Position numbers and translations under genes: made by a program. Of a stretch of 64,000 nt of DNA, positions 40,120 through 48,775 are shown piece by piece. Position 1 is the stretch's first letter; each line of letters begins with the position of its first letter. The DNA comes from Alphaproteobacteria bacterium (GTDB lineage: Bacteria; Pseudomonadota; Alphaproteobacteria; RF32; CAG-239), in assembly GCA_900769705.1 (NCBI GenBank), contig CAAGHP010000002.1:15633-79632 (forward strand), written 5' to 3'. The notes under the pieces were generated by a model. The model was not told the origin of the DNA, ran no database searches, and saw only the letters and a program-made list of their open reading frames with translations.

Positions 40120-41970
40120 ATGAATGACGATTTACAAAAATTCTTAGACGAGCTGCGCAGTAGAATTTCTATTGCTGATGTTGTCGGTAGCAAAGTAAAA
40201 CTGACGAAAAGAGGGCGTGAATATTTAGGTTTATGCCCTTTTCATAATGAAAAAACGCCGTCATTTACCGTTAATGAAAGTAAAGGCTTTTACCACTGTT
40301 TCGGCTGTGGCGCACATGGCGATATTGTCAAATTTGAAATGGACGCTAATGGTTTGCCTTTTATGGAAGCAGTAAAAAAGCTTGCTGATAAAGCCGGAAT
40401 GCAGCTGCCGGTCTGGTCCAAAGAAAGCCAAGAACAAAACCTGAAACGCAAATCATTATACGAAATTATGGATATTGCCTGTGCTTATTTTGAAAAATGC
40501 CTGAGAATGCCGGTTGGTGCGCACGGATTGGCCTATTTTAAAGATAAGCGTGCTTTAAGCGAAGAAACCATCAAAAAATTCCGTTTGGGTTATGCTCCAA
40601 ACGGCAACGGACTGAAAGCCCTACTAGCCTCAAAAGGCATATCAGAACATGATATGGCAGAGCTTGGGCTGATTGCCGTACCAGAAGATAAAAACCGCCT
40701 GCCGCACGATTTTTTCCGCGACAGAGTAATGATTCCAATAATGGATAAGCAAGGTAATGTTATTGCTTTTGGTGGGCGCATTTTGGACAACAGTCAGCCT
40801 AAATATCTGAACTCGCCGGAAACTCCGATTTTCAATAAACGCCGAATTCTTTATAATATGAACCATGCCCGCGAACCGGCATACGGCGCTAAGCGTCTTA
40901 TTATCTGTGAAGGCTATATGGATGTGATTGCGCTGGACAGTTTCAATTTTAATTATGCGGTGGCGCCTTTAGGCACTGCTTTGACCGAAGAGCAGATTAT
41001 AGAAGCTTGGCGCGTGTGCAACACCCCTACTCTTTGTTTTGACGGCGACGGAGCCGGTATTAAAGCCGCCATACGTTCGATTGACCGCGTGCTGCCGATA
41101 CTCAAGGCCGGATATTCGGTAAACTACATATTTTTAAAAGAAAAAAAAGATCCAGATGAGCTGCTACACAGCCTTGGCGCACCGATATTTGAGCAATATT
41201 TACAAAAAGCCAAACCGCTGGTAGATATTTTGTGGCATAAATGCAAAATGAATAAAGACACTGACACGCCGGAACAAAAAGCCCTGATAGAAAAAGAAAC
41301 TTTTGAAGAAGTGGCTAAAATCAAGGACGAACAAATCCGCAGCTACTATATGCAAGAAATGAAAAAGCGGATTTATTACACTTTCGGCAAAGGCTCAATT
41401 TATAAAAATGCGCAAACTGAGCCAAACGGCGTACAGTCCGCCGCCGACACGATGCAAAAATCGGCCTATACACCTCGCCGCAAAAAGACTGAAGACGAAC
41501 CGGTTTATCATTTTGTAAAAAAGCCTCCGCTAAATGATTTGGTTATCCGCGGAATTATCGCTGCTATGCTTTTATATCCGGAACTTATTGAAAAATATGA
41601 AGAAAAATTGACGGCTTTTGAAATAAACAATTCCAAAATGGCTAAAGTGCTGACGGAAATTATTGAAATCCACCAAGAAGATGAAAATACGGACAGCGAA
41701 CAGCTGATTGAAAAACTCAAACTTAATTTTTCAGCTGAAATCGGCGATTTATGGGAAATAAACATGTATAAATCGCAAAAATCCACTCTGCCCAGTCTCA
41801 AAGCAGAAATAGATAACGGCTTACTGGAAATTCAATTAAAACAAATTGATACTGAGTTAAAAGAATGTACAACTTTAATGAGTAGTCAACCAGAAAATTC
41901 GGCAGAAATTTATGAGCGCTATAAAAATTTATTAAAAGAGCGCAATAACCTGATTTTGGCAAAAGAATAA
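40120..41970 (+). CDS. dnaG: DNA primase
   Basis: Zinc-binding CPFHNEKTPSF...CFGCGAHGD is present. TOPRIM domain EGYMDVIAL and a C-terminal helicase-interaction domain are found. Confidence 0.92.
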   Translation: MNDDLQKFLDELRSRISIADVVGSKVKLTKRGREYLGLCPFHNEKTPSFTVNESKGFYHCFGCGAHGDIVKFEMDANGLPFMEAVKKLADKAGMQLPVWSKESQEQNLKRKSLYEIMDIACAYFEKCLRMPVGAHGLAYFKDKRALSEETIKKFRLGYAPNGNGLKALLASKGISEHDMAELGLIAVPEDKNRLPHDFFRDRVMIPIMDKQGNVIAFGGRILDNSQPKYLNSPETPIFNKRRILYNMNHAREPAYGAKRLIICEGYMDVIALDSFNFNYAVAPLGTALTEEQIIEAWRVCNTPTLCFDGDGAGIKAAIRSIDRVLPILKAGYSVNYIFLKEKKDPDELLHSLGAPIFEQYLQKAKPLVDILWHKCKMNKDTDTPEQKALIEKETFEEVAKIKDEQIRSYYMQEMKKRIYYTFGKGSIYKNAQTEPNGVQSAADTMQKSAYTPRRKKTEDEPVYHFVKKPPLNDLVIRGIIAAMLLYPELIEKYEEKLTAFEINNSKMAKVLTEIIEIHQEDENTDSEQLIEKLKLNFSAEIGDLWEINMYKSQKSTLPSLKAEIDNGLLEIQLKQIDTELKECTTLMSSQPENSAEIYERYKNLLKERNNLILAKE

Positions 41971-42080
41971 ACTTTAGTTTCGGTCAATAAAAGACTGCAT
42001 TCAAAATATGAAGATGTTTCTTTATAGCACAAGCGCCCTGCTCTTTTGCAAAACAGGGCGCTGCGGTTTTATATATCAGC

Positions 42081-42224
42081 CTAGAATTTGTATTTGGCGC
42101 TGACAGAACCTTCGGCAAATTTATTGCCGTCAATCCATGCTTTAGCTTCATTTGCATTGTTTTCCGTGCCGGCATTTTTGCGGCTGACATCCTCGGCGAA
42201 TTCGCTCCGCTCAAAGCCAAGCAT
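42081..42224 (-). pseudogene. C-terminal remnant of an Omp25/Omp31-like outer-membrane beta-barrel gene
   Basis: Minus-strand frame encodes MLGFERSEFAEDVSRKNAGTENNANEAKAWIDGNKFAEGSVSAKYKF*. The terminal ...KYKF is the porin C-terminal signature. A stop lies 7 codons upstream of the only ATG. Confidence 0.4.
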
Positions 42225-42273
42225 GACGAGTCTTGGTGTTCTTTAAGCACCACTTTCCTAACACAAACGCAAT

Positions 42274-42297
42274 GGCCTCTCCAACATTAGAGAGGCC
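42274..42297 (-). terminator. hairpin downstream of gyrA (terminator candidate, weak U-tract)
   Basis: Perfect 8-bp stem GGCCTCTC caacatta GAGAGGCC. Confidence 0.4.
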
Positions 42298-42328
42298 AAA
42301 AGACAGCGATTTTTTTTAAACCGTTTTT

Positions 42329-45142
42329 TTATTCGTCCGACTCGGTAGTATCCGGCTCTGTCACAATGTCTTCCGCTGTATCGTCAACATCGGCAACATT
42401 GTCGCCCAAAACCTCACTGCCTTCCTCGTCGATTTCTTCATCGGAGCCGGCATCGGCATCAAGCCAGGTTACGGAAACAACTTTTTCATCTTCTCCGGTA
42501 CGGAACAAAATAACGCCTTGCGTCTTGCGTCCGGCTACACGGATATCGTCAACCGGCATACGGATAAGTTTGCCGCCGTCGGTTACCATCATAATTTCCT
42601 TACCGTCTTCAATCGGGAACGAGCTTACAACCTCTTTGTTGCGCGGAGACATTTCCATATTGGCAATACCCTGCCCGCCTCGTCCGGTTACACGGTATTC
42701 ATATGAAGAAGTGCGCTTGCCGTAACCGGTTACAGTCACAGTCAAAATAAACTCTTCGGCTTTGCGCATTTCTTCAAATTTAGATATATTCAGTAAATTC
42801 AGCAAGCCGGTCTGATCCGGAGAAATGCAGGCATCAACGCCGCTTTCGGCTTCCATACGCTTCATGGCGCTGGAAACACGCAGATATTCATCTCGTTCTT
42901 CCACGCTGGCAGTGCAGTGCTTCAAAACAGACATAGAAATTACTTCATCATCACCCTGCAGCTTGATACCGCGTACACCGGTAGAATTACGGCCGACAAA
43001 TACACGCAAATCTTCAACCGCAAAACGAATACATTTGCCGCTCTTGGCCGCCAGCATAATATCGTTGCCATCATCACACAAAGCCACATTGATAAGCTTG
43101 TCGCCTTCGTCCAGCTTCATAGCGATTTTACCGTTAGACTGAACATTGACAAAGTCCATCAGGCTGTTACGGCGTATATTGCCTTTAGCAGTTGCAAATG
43201 CAATAGACAGATTCTCACAATCGGCTTCATTTTCCGGCAATTTCATAATGGCGGTGATTGTTTCACCCTGCACCAGCGGCAGCAGGTTGATAAACGGTTT
43301 GCCTTTAGATGTCGGCGAACCCAGCGGCAGTTTATAAACCTTCATCTTATAAACAATGCCTTTGTTCGAGAAAAACAACACCGGAGTATGAGTGCTGGCC
43401 ACAAACAAACGGGTAACAAAATCTTCTTCTTTTGTCGTCATTCCCGATTTGCCTTTACCGCCGCGGCGCTGAGCTTTATAAGCATTAAGCGGCACACGTT
43501 TGATATAGCCGGCTTCGGTCACGGTCACAACCATTTCTTCACGCTGAATTAAAGATTCGATATCTTGATTGTATTCAATATCTTCAATTTTGGTCAAACG
43601 CGGAGTAGCGTATTCGTCTTTAACGGCAACCAGCTCATCGCGCATAATGCCATAAAGTTTTTCACGGCTAGCCAAAATAGAAAGAAATTCTTTAATGTCT
43701 TCGCCCAAAGAAACCAATTCATCGTGAATTTTATCACGTTCCAAACCGGTCAAGCGTTGCAGTTTCAAATCCAAAATGGCTTTGGCTTGGTCATCCGACA
43801 AGCGATATAGACCGTTTTCAACTTTTCTATCCGGTTCGTCAATCAAATTAACCCAATCTTCAATAGAAGCTGCCGGCCAAGCTTTGCCAACCAAAGAGTC
43901 TTTAGCGTCTTGCGGAGTTGGAGCAGTTTTAATCAGTTCGATAACTTCATCCAAATTTTCCACAGCTATAGCCAAACCAACCAAAACATGCGCGCGGTTA
44001 CGAGCTTTGTTCAAGCGGAAAATCGTGCGACGGCGGATAACTTCTTCACGAAATTCAATAAAGGTCGAGATTATGTCTTTCAAATTCATCATCATCGGGC
44101 GACCGCCGTTAATTGCCAGCATATTCATACCAAAGCTGGTTTGCAAAGCCGTAAACTTATAAAGCTGGTTTAAAACCACATCGGCTTGGAAATCGCGCTT
44201 GATTTCAATCACAATGCGCACGCCCTGACGGTCAGACTCATCACGGATATCCGAGATACCCTCAACTTTTTTATCTTTTACCAATTCGGCAATATGCGAA
44301 ACCAAAGCCGCTTTGTTTACCTGATACGGCACTTCATGCACGATAATGGCTTCTTTATCCTTACGAATTTCTTCAATAGTGCATTTTGCACGCATCATAA
44401 TCGAACCGCGGCCGGTCAAATAAGCCTGCTTGGCTCCGCCGTAGCCCAAAATCAGGCCGCCGGTCGGAAAATCAGGCCCCGGAACAATATTAACCAGTTC
44501 TTCAATGCTGATTTCCGGATTATCTATATAGGCACAGCAAGCATCAATCACTTCACCCAAATTATGCGGAGGAATGTTTGTTGCCATACCAACGGCAATA
44601 CCGTTGCCGCCGTTTACCAACAAGTTAGGAAAACGCGCCGGCAAAACTGTCGGTTCCTGCAAAGATTCATCATAGTTTGGCATAAAGTCAACAGTATCTT
44701 CGTCCAAGTTATCGGTCAAGCAAGAAGAAACTTTAGCGAGTCTGGCTTCGGTATAACGCATAGCCGCAGCGCCGTCGCCGTCCATAGAACCAAAGTTACC
44801 TTGTCCGTCAACCAGTGTCAGACGCATGGAAAACGGCTGCGCCATGCGCACCATGGCTTCATAAATAGAGCTGTCGCCGTGCGGGTGATATTTACCCATA
44901 ACATCGCCGACGATACGCGCCGATTTACGATATGGCTTGGTGCAATCATAACCGTTTTCATACATTCCGTAAATAATACGGCGATGCACGGGTTTCATAC
45001 CGTCGCGGGCATCCGGCAAAGCACGGGATACAATCACGCTCATGGCATAGTCCAAATATGAACGGCGCATTTCTTCCGAAATCATGGTCGGGGCAATGTT
45101 ATCAGACTTAATGACATCTGTGTTTTCAATTTCTTCTGTCAC
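42329..45142 (-). CDS. gyrA: DNA gyrase subunit A
   Basis: Motifs [28 protein letters not shown] and active-site [10 protein letters not shown] are present. Six beta-pinwheel blades and an acidic C-terminal tail follow. I placed the start at the GTG preceded by AAGAGG ([10 protein letters not shown]...); the longer TTG-initiated ORF to 45232 is probably an over-extension. Confidence 0.9.
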   Translation of the reverse strand: MTEEIENTDVIKSDNIAPTMISEEMRRSYLDYAMSVIVSRALPDARDGMKPVHRRIIYGMYENGYDCTKPYRKSARIVGDVMGKYHPHGDSSIYEAMVRMAQPFSMRLTLVDGQGNFGSMDGDGAAAMRYTEARLAKVSSCLTDNLDEDTVDFMPNYDESLQEPTVLPARFPNLLVNGGNGIAVGMATNIPPHNLGEVIDACCAYIDNPEISIEELVNIVPGPDFPTGGLILGYGGAKQAYLTGRGSIMMRAKCTIEEIRKDKEAIIVHEVPYQVNKAALVSHIAELVKDKKVEGISDIRDESDRQGVRIVIEIKRDFQADVVLNQLYKFTALQTSFGMNMLAINGGRPMMMNLKDIISTFIEFREEVIRRRTIFRLNKARNRAHVLVGLAIAVENLDEVIELIKTAPTPQDAKDSLVGKAWPAASIEDWVNLIDEPDRKVENGLYRLSDDQAKAILDLKLQRLTGLERDKIHDELVSLGEDIKEFLSILASREKLYGIMRDELVAVKDEYATPRLTKIEDIEYNQDIESLIQREEMVVTVTEAGYIKRVPLNAYKAQRRGGKGKSGMTTKEEDFVTRLFVASTHTPVLFFSNKGIVYKMKVYKLPLGSPTSKGKPFINLLPLVQGETITAIMKLPENEADCENLSIAFATAKGNIRRNSLMDFVNVQSNGKIAMKLDEGDKLINVALCDDGNDIMLAAKSGKCIRFAVEDLRVFVGRNSTGVRGIKLQGDDEVISMSVLKHCTASVEERDEYLRVSSAMKRMEAESGVDACISPDQTGLLNLLNISKFEEMRKAEEFILTVTVTGYGKRTSSYEYRVTGRGGQGIANMEMSPRNKEVVSSFPIEDGKEIMMVTDGGKLIRMPVDDIRVAGRKTQGVILFRTGEDEKVVSVTWLDADAGSDEEIDEEGSEVLGDNVADVDDTAEDIVTEPDTTESDE

Positions 45143-45239
45143 TTTATACCTCTTTTCTTTAAACTTGTTAAACTGCTTAAACATAGCAAATTTAAGTGCT
45201 GATAAAAAGTTTTTTATGCGTTTTATACCCAAAATAAAA

Positions 45240-45640
45240 TAGGTATTTTGCGTCTATGGGCAAAAAAAGTGCCTTAAAATCGATTTTTGCTTGAAAAAGT
45301 TAATAAAAATCAAAAACTGAGATTAACATTGCAATACGCCTCACTTATAGTGGCACAGCTGTGGCAAGCCTGATAAATGTCATCTAGCGGAGAGTTGAAT
45401 AATCATACTTCAGAAATGACTCTTTTAGCCTTTAAGCCTAAAAGCTTTGGACATACGCTAAAAGCTCCCCGAGCCAAATACATCGGGGATATTTATTGCC
45501 TCCTTAAGACAAATAACGACGTTATCCTACCGCCGCTGAAGTAAAGAACAGTTCAAAGTTACGGAGCCTGTTGGCTTCTAAACATTGCAAATGCAACATC
45601 TACTCTGAAAGTTAAAGAAAAAAATATAAAAAGTCAAAAA
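45240..45640. other. ~400-bp non-coding gap with stable hairpins; candidate sRNA or decayed gene
   Basis: No ORF longer than 55 aa. A CCCCGA/TCGGGG hairpin lies at 45464-45487. No tRNA, tmRNA or RNase P consensus is visible. Confidence 0.25.
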
Positions 45641-45680
45641 AACAAAAAAATAACGGCTGCCCGATTAGACAACCGTTTGC
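45636..45680 (-). terminator. rho-independent terminator of the TPR gene
   Basis: AACGGCTG ... CAACCGTT stem followed, on the minus strand, by a long T-run. Confidence 0.6.
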
Positions 45681-45701
45681 AATATTTTTTATAAACGAAC
45701 G

Positions 45702-46673
45702 CTATTCTGCAGATTCAGCTGCTGCTCCAGCGTCGGTGCCGTCATCTTTCGGCATAATATCCGGCAGTTGACCGACAGCCTGTTTGCGCTTCAATTTATT
45801 TACAAATTTGATAGAGCGCTGAGCATCCCACTTTCTTTTACCCTCTTCGCTTTGGTAAATCATTTTATAAACTTCAATAGCCTGATCAAATTCAGAAAGC
45901 TTAGTCAAGCAAGAAGCCAAACCGTCATAAAGCTTGTGGGTATAGCGCCCGCCAACAATAGCCTGCGCCTTTTTATAGCATTTCAAAGCGTCTTTAAACT
46001 TGAACATTTTTTGATATACATAGCCAATGCTAATCCAAGCCTGCAATTCTTGGCTGTTGATGTTCAGAATCTTTGTAAAGCATTTCAATGCAGATTCGTT
46101 GTCGCCCATCAGCTGATATGTAACGCCAATACCGTTCCAGGCTTTGGTATTATATTTATCGCCGGACAAAACTTTTTTAAAGAAAGAAATAGAGCGGTCG
46201 TATTGTTTCAATTTTTGCAATGTTACAGCAATGCTCAGCAGTGTCTGCGGGTGTTTGCTGTCAATTTTCATAGCTTCTTCCAAAACGTCCAAAGCTTCTT
46301 TGTATGAAAACATATGCTGCAAAGCAATAGCTTTACCGTTCAATGCTTCCAAAGAGGTGCGGTCATTAGCAAAAGCCTCGTCAAAACAAGCGATTGCTTC
46401 TTTATATAATCCGCGCATACTCAAAGTAACGCCTTTATTGTTCAAAACTTCTACAGATTTAGGATTTATAGCTAAAGCTTTGTCAAAGCATTCCACAGCA
46501 TCTGTGTATTTACTCATTTTTTGATATGCAAACCCTTGGCTGTTCATAGCTTTCCAAGCTCTTGGATTTTCAGCTATCACTTCTGCAAATTTTTGGATAG
46601 CTTCTTCATATTGGCCGGCGTCTAATAGTTCTTGGCCTCTTTTGTATGCACTGTTTTCATTTAGTTTAACCAT
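45702..46673 (-). CDS. TPR-repeat protein
   Basis: About 8 tandem 34-aa TPR units (A..Y......A...A). Start placed at the ATG with an AAGAGG RBS. Its own TTGACA promoter lies at 46726. Confidence 0.7.
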   Translation of the reverse strand: MVKLNENSAYKRGQELLDAGQYEEAIQKFAEVIAENPRAWKAMNSQGFAYQKMSKYTDAVECFDKALAINPKSVEVLNNKGVTLSMRGLYKEAIACFDEAFANDRTSLEALNGKAIALQHMFSYKEALDVLEEAMKIDSKHPQTLLSIAVTLQKLKQYDRSISFFKKVLSGDKYNTKAWNGIGVTYQLMGDNESALKCFTKILNINSQELQAWISIGYVYQKMFKFKDALKCYKKAQAIVGGRYTHKLYDGLASCLTKLSEFDQAIEVYKMIYQSEEGKRKWDAQRSIKFVNKLKRKQAVGQLPDIMPKDDGTDAGAAAESAE

Positions 46674-46745
46674 TTTTACCTCTTTATTGTACAAAATAAT
46701 ACTTCTGAGAGTGTTAGCACATAAAAATTATTATGTCAAGATTTT

Positions 46746-47666
46746 TTACATAAGCCGTAACTGCTTAAAAATAGGCATATCAGTACGGATTTCTATATAT
46801 TTACATAAAAATTTTTGGCAATTTTTTCTAATATTTTCACGATTTTGGGCAAAATAATTTTGATATTCCTGTCTGAACTTGACCGAACCGCTGTAAAATT
46901 CCACTTCTTGTCCGTTGTAGGCTGCTTTATAGTCGCCGGCCGGCGGCGCAATTTCTTCCAGCACGTCGAAAATCTTTACGCAATAGACTCTGTTATTTTT
47001 GGCCAGCAACGCAATGCTTTTGAATTGTTCGTCATCAAAATGATAAAAGTCACTCAATATAAAAACAGTCCCTTGACCTTTTTGATAATATTTCAAACTA
47101 TTAAGAGCTTCGCTTAATTTACCGCTTGAACTATCAGACAATATTTTTTTACCTGTTTCAGCTATTTTGTTAAAAACAGACATCAAGTTTTTTATGCTGC
47201 CCTGAGGCTTGAAATAATCAGAATTTTTTCCATCATAAATCAATATGCCGAAACGGTCTTTATTGCGCAAAGACAGCCATCCCAGCAAAGCGGCGATTTT
47301 TGAAGCAGTTACGGATTTGAGCTCTTTTTTTGTGCCGAAAACCATTGTTGCGGACAAATCAAGTACTACCGTTATCACACGGTCTTTTTCTTCGGAGTAG
47401 ACTTTGGTAAAAGGCTCGGATTTACGGGCTGTGATACGCCAGTCAATATCGCGGATATCATCGCCAAAATTATAGGAGCGCACTTCTTCCAGCTCTATTC
47501 CCCGTCCTTTGAATGCCGATTTTACATTGCCGGCTCGATCAGAGGTCAAAAAATCATGATTGCGCGACAGATACGGCAAATAGCGTTGCTGCTCAATCAG
47601 TTCCGGCACAGTTACAGCCAAACCGCTTTTATCATTCTGCTTTTTGTCTTTTTTAAAAAACAGCAT
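46746..47666 (-). CDS. DUF58-domain protein (vWA-like, MoxR partner)
   Basis: DIRDIDWRITARKSEPFTKVYSEEKDRVITVVLDLSATM matches the DUF58 core. Confidence 0.75.
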   Translation of the reverse strand: MLFFKKDKKQNDKSGLAVTVPELIEQQRYLPYLSRNHDFLTSDRAGNVKSAFKGRGIELEEVRSYNFGDDIRDIDWRITARKSEPFTKVYSEEKDRVITVVLDLSATMVFGTKKELKSVTASKIAALLGWLSLRNKDRFGILIYDGKNSDYFKPQGSIKNLMSVFNKIAETGKKILSDSSSGKLSEALNSLKYYQKGQGTVFILSDFYHFDDEQFKSIALLAKNNRVYCVKIFDVLEEIAPPAGDYKAAYNGQEVEFYSGSVKFRQEYQNYFAQNRENIRKNCQKFLCKYIEIRTDMPIFKQLRLM

Positions 47667-47678
47667 AGCAACAAATCC

Positions 47679-48668
47679 TTATGGCAGCGGTACAATTTTC
47701 AGCAGACTTGCAATAATATCATCGCTGGTTAAGCCTCCGGCCTGAGCCTCAAAGCTCAAGATAATTCTGTGGCGCAGAACATCATAAACCACGGCATGAA
47801 CATCTTCCGGAGTTACAAAGTCGCGTCCAGATAGCCAAGCGTTAATTTTGGCACATTTATCCAAAGCAATGGTTGCACGCGGGCTAGCTCCGAAAGCAAT
47901 AGTATTTTTCAGTGTTTCATCATATTTTTCCGGATGCCGAGTCGCCATAATCAGCTGTATTAAATATTCCTCAACCGCATCGCTGCAATATACTTTATAC
48001 GCTTCCTGGCGGGCGGCAAAAACATCTTCGGCCTGAATTACGCCATATTTAGCCTCGAACTGAGCCAAACTGTCGGCAGCAGTCTGCGTGCTGTTTTCTT
48101 CATTACGTACCAACTGCAGAATTTTATGCTCTGTCGCAGCTTCCGGCTGATCAATTTTGATATACATCAAAAATCTGTCAAGCTGCGCTTCCGGCAAGTT
48201 ATATGTACCTTCGTGCTCAATCGGGTTTTGAGTAGCCATAACCATAAACAATTTGGGTAATTTATATTGTTTTCCACCCACGCTGACTTGACGCTCGGCC
48301 ATAGCTTCTAGCAATGCCGACTGCACTTTGGCCGGCGCGCGGTTAATTTCATCGGCCAAAATAAGATTGGCAAAAATCGGACCTTTACGAAACTCAAATT
48401 GTCCGGTTGAGGCCACATAAATGTCACTGCCGGTAATATCCGACGGCAGCAAATCCGGAGTAAACTGTATACGGCTGTAAGCAGCTTCAATGCACTCTGA
48501 CAGAGTTTTTATAGCCTTGGTTTTTGCCAGCCCCGGAGCCCCCTCCACCAACGCATGACCATCGGCCAACATAGTGATAATCAATTTGCGAACAAGCTCT
48601 TCCTGCCCTAAAATCCGGCTTTCCATAAATTGTTTTAAGTTTGTGATTTTATCTCTGATTTCTGACAT
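47679..48668 (-). CDS. MoxR-family AAA+ ATPase
   Basis: Walker A LVEGAPGLAKTK and Walker B ILADEINRAP are present, plus the MoxR C-terminal lid. Length is 329 aa. Confidence 0.85.
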   Translation of the reverse strand: MSEIRDKITNLKQFMESRILGQEELVRKLIITMLADGHALVEGAPGLAKTKAIKTLSECIEAAYSRIQFTPDLLPSDITGSDIYVASTGQFEFRKGPIFANLILADEINRAPAKVQSALLEAMAERQVSVGGKQYKLPKLFMVMATQNPIEHEGTYNLPEAQLDRFLMYIKIDQPEAATEHKILQLVRNEENSTQTAADSLAQFEAKYGVIQAEDVFAARQEAYKVYCSDAVEEYLIQLIMATRHPEKYDETLKNTIAFGASPRATIALDKCAKINAWLSGRDFVTPEDVHAVVYDVLRHRIILSFEAQAGGLTSDDIIASLLKIVPLP

Positions 48669-48775
48669 TTGACGCCTCTCAAAAAATTGTACGCAAGTCT
48701 AAATAAAGACTTTTCTTTCTCTTATATTTACGATATATAAGTTTTAAAAATGTTAAAAACAAGAAGATTTCAAAA

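Noticed and set aside
42366-45061. Many plus-strand ORFs of 60-291 aa inside gyrA (e.g. 42366..42725, 42917..43552, 44186..45061).
   Set aside because: They are antisense to a well-supported gyrA reading frame and have low-complexity translations typical of shadow ORFs.
45330-45640. tmRNA (two-piece) or 6S RNA in the gyrA-upstream gap.
   Set aside because: No resume-codon tag ending in ..AA-stop, no tRNA-like acceptor or T-arm, and no 6S central-bubble signature could be recognised by eye. Kept only as a generic sRNA candidate.
45768-46524. Plus-strand ORFs inside the TPR gene.
   Set aside because: Shadow ORFs of the repetitive TPR coding sequence.
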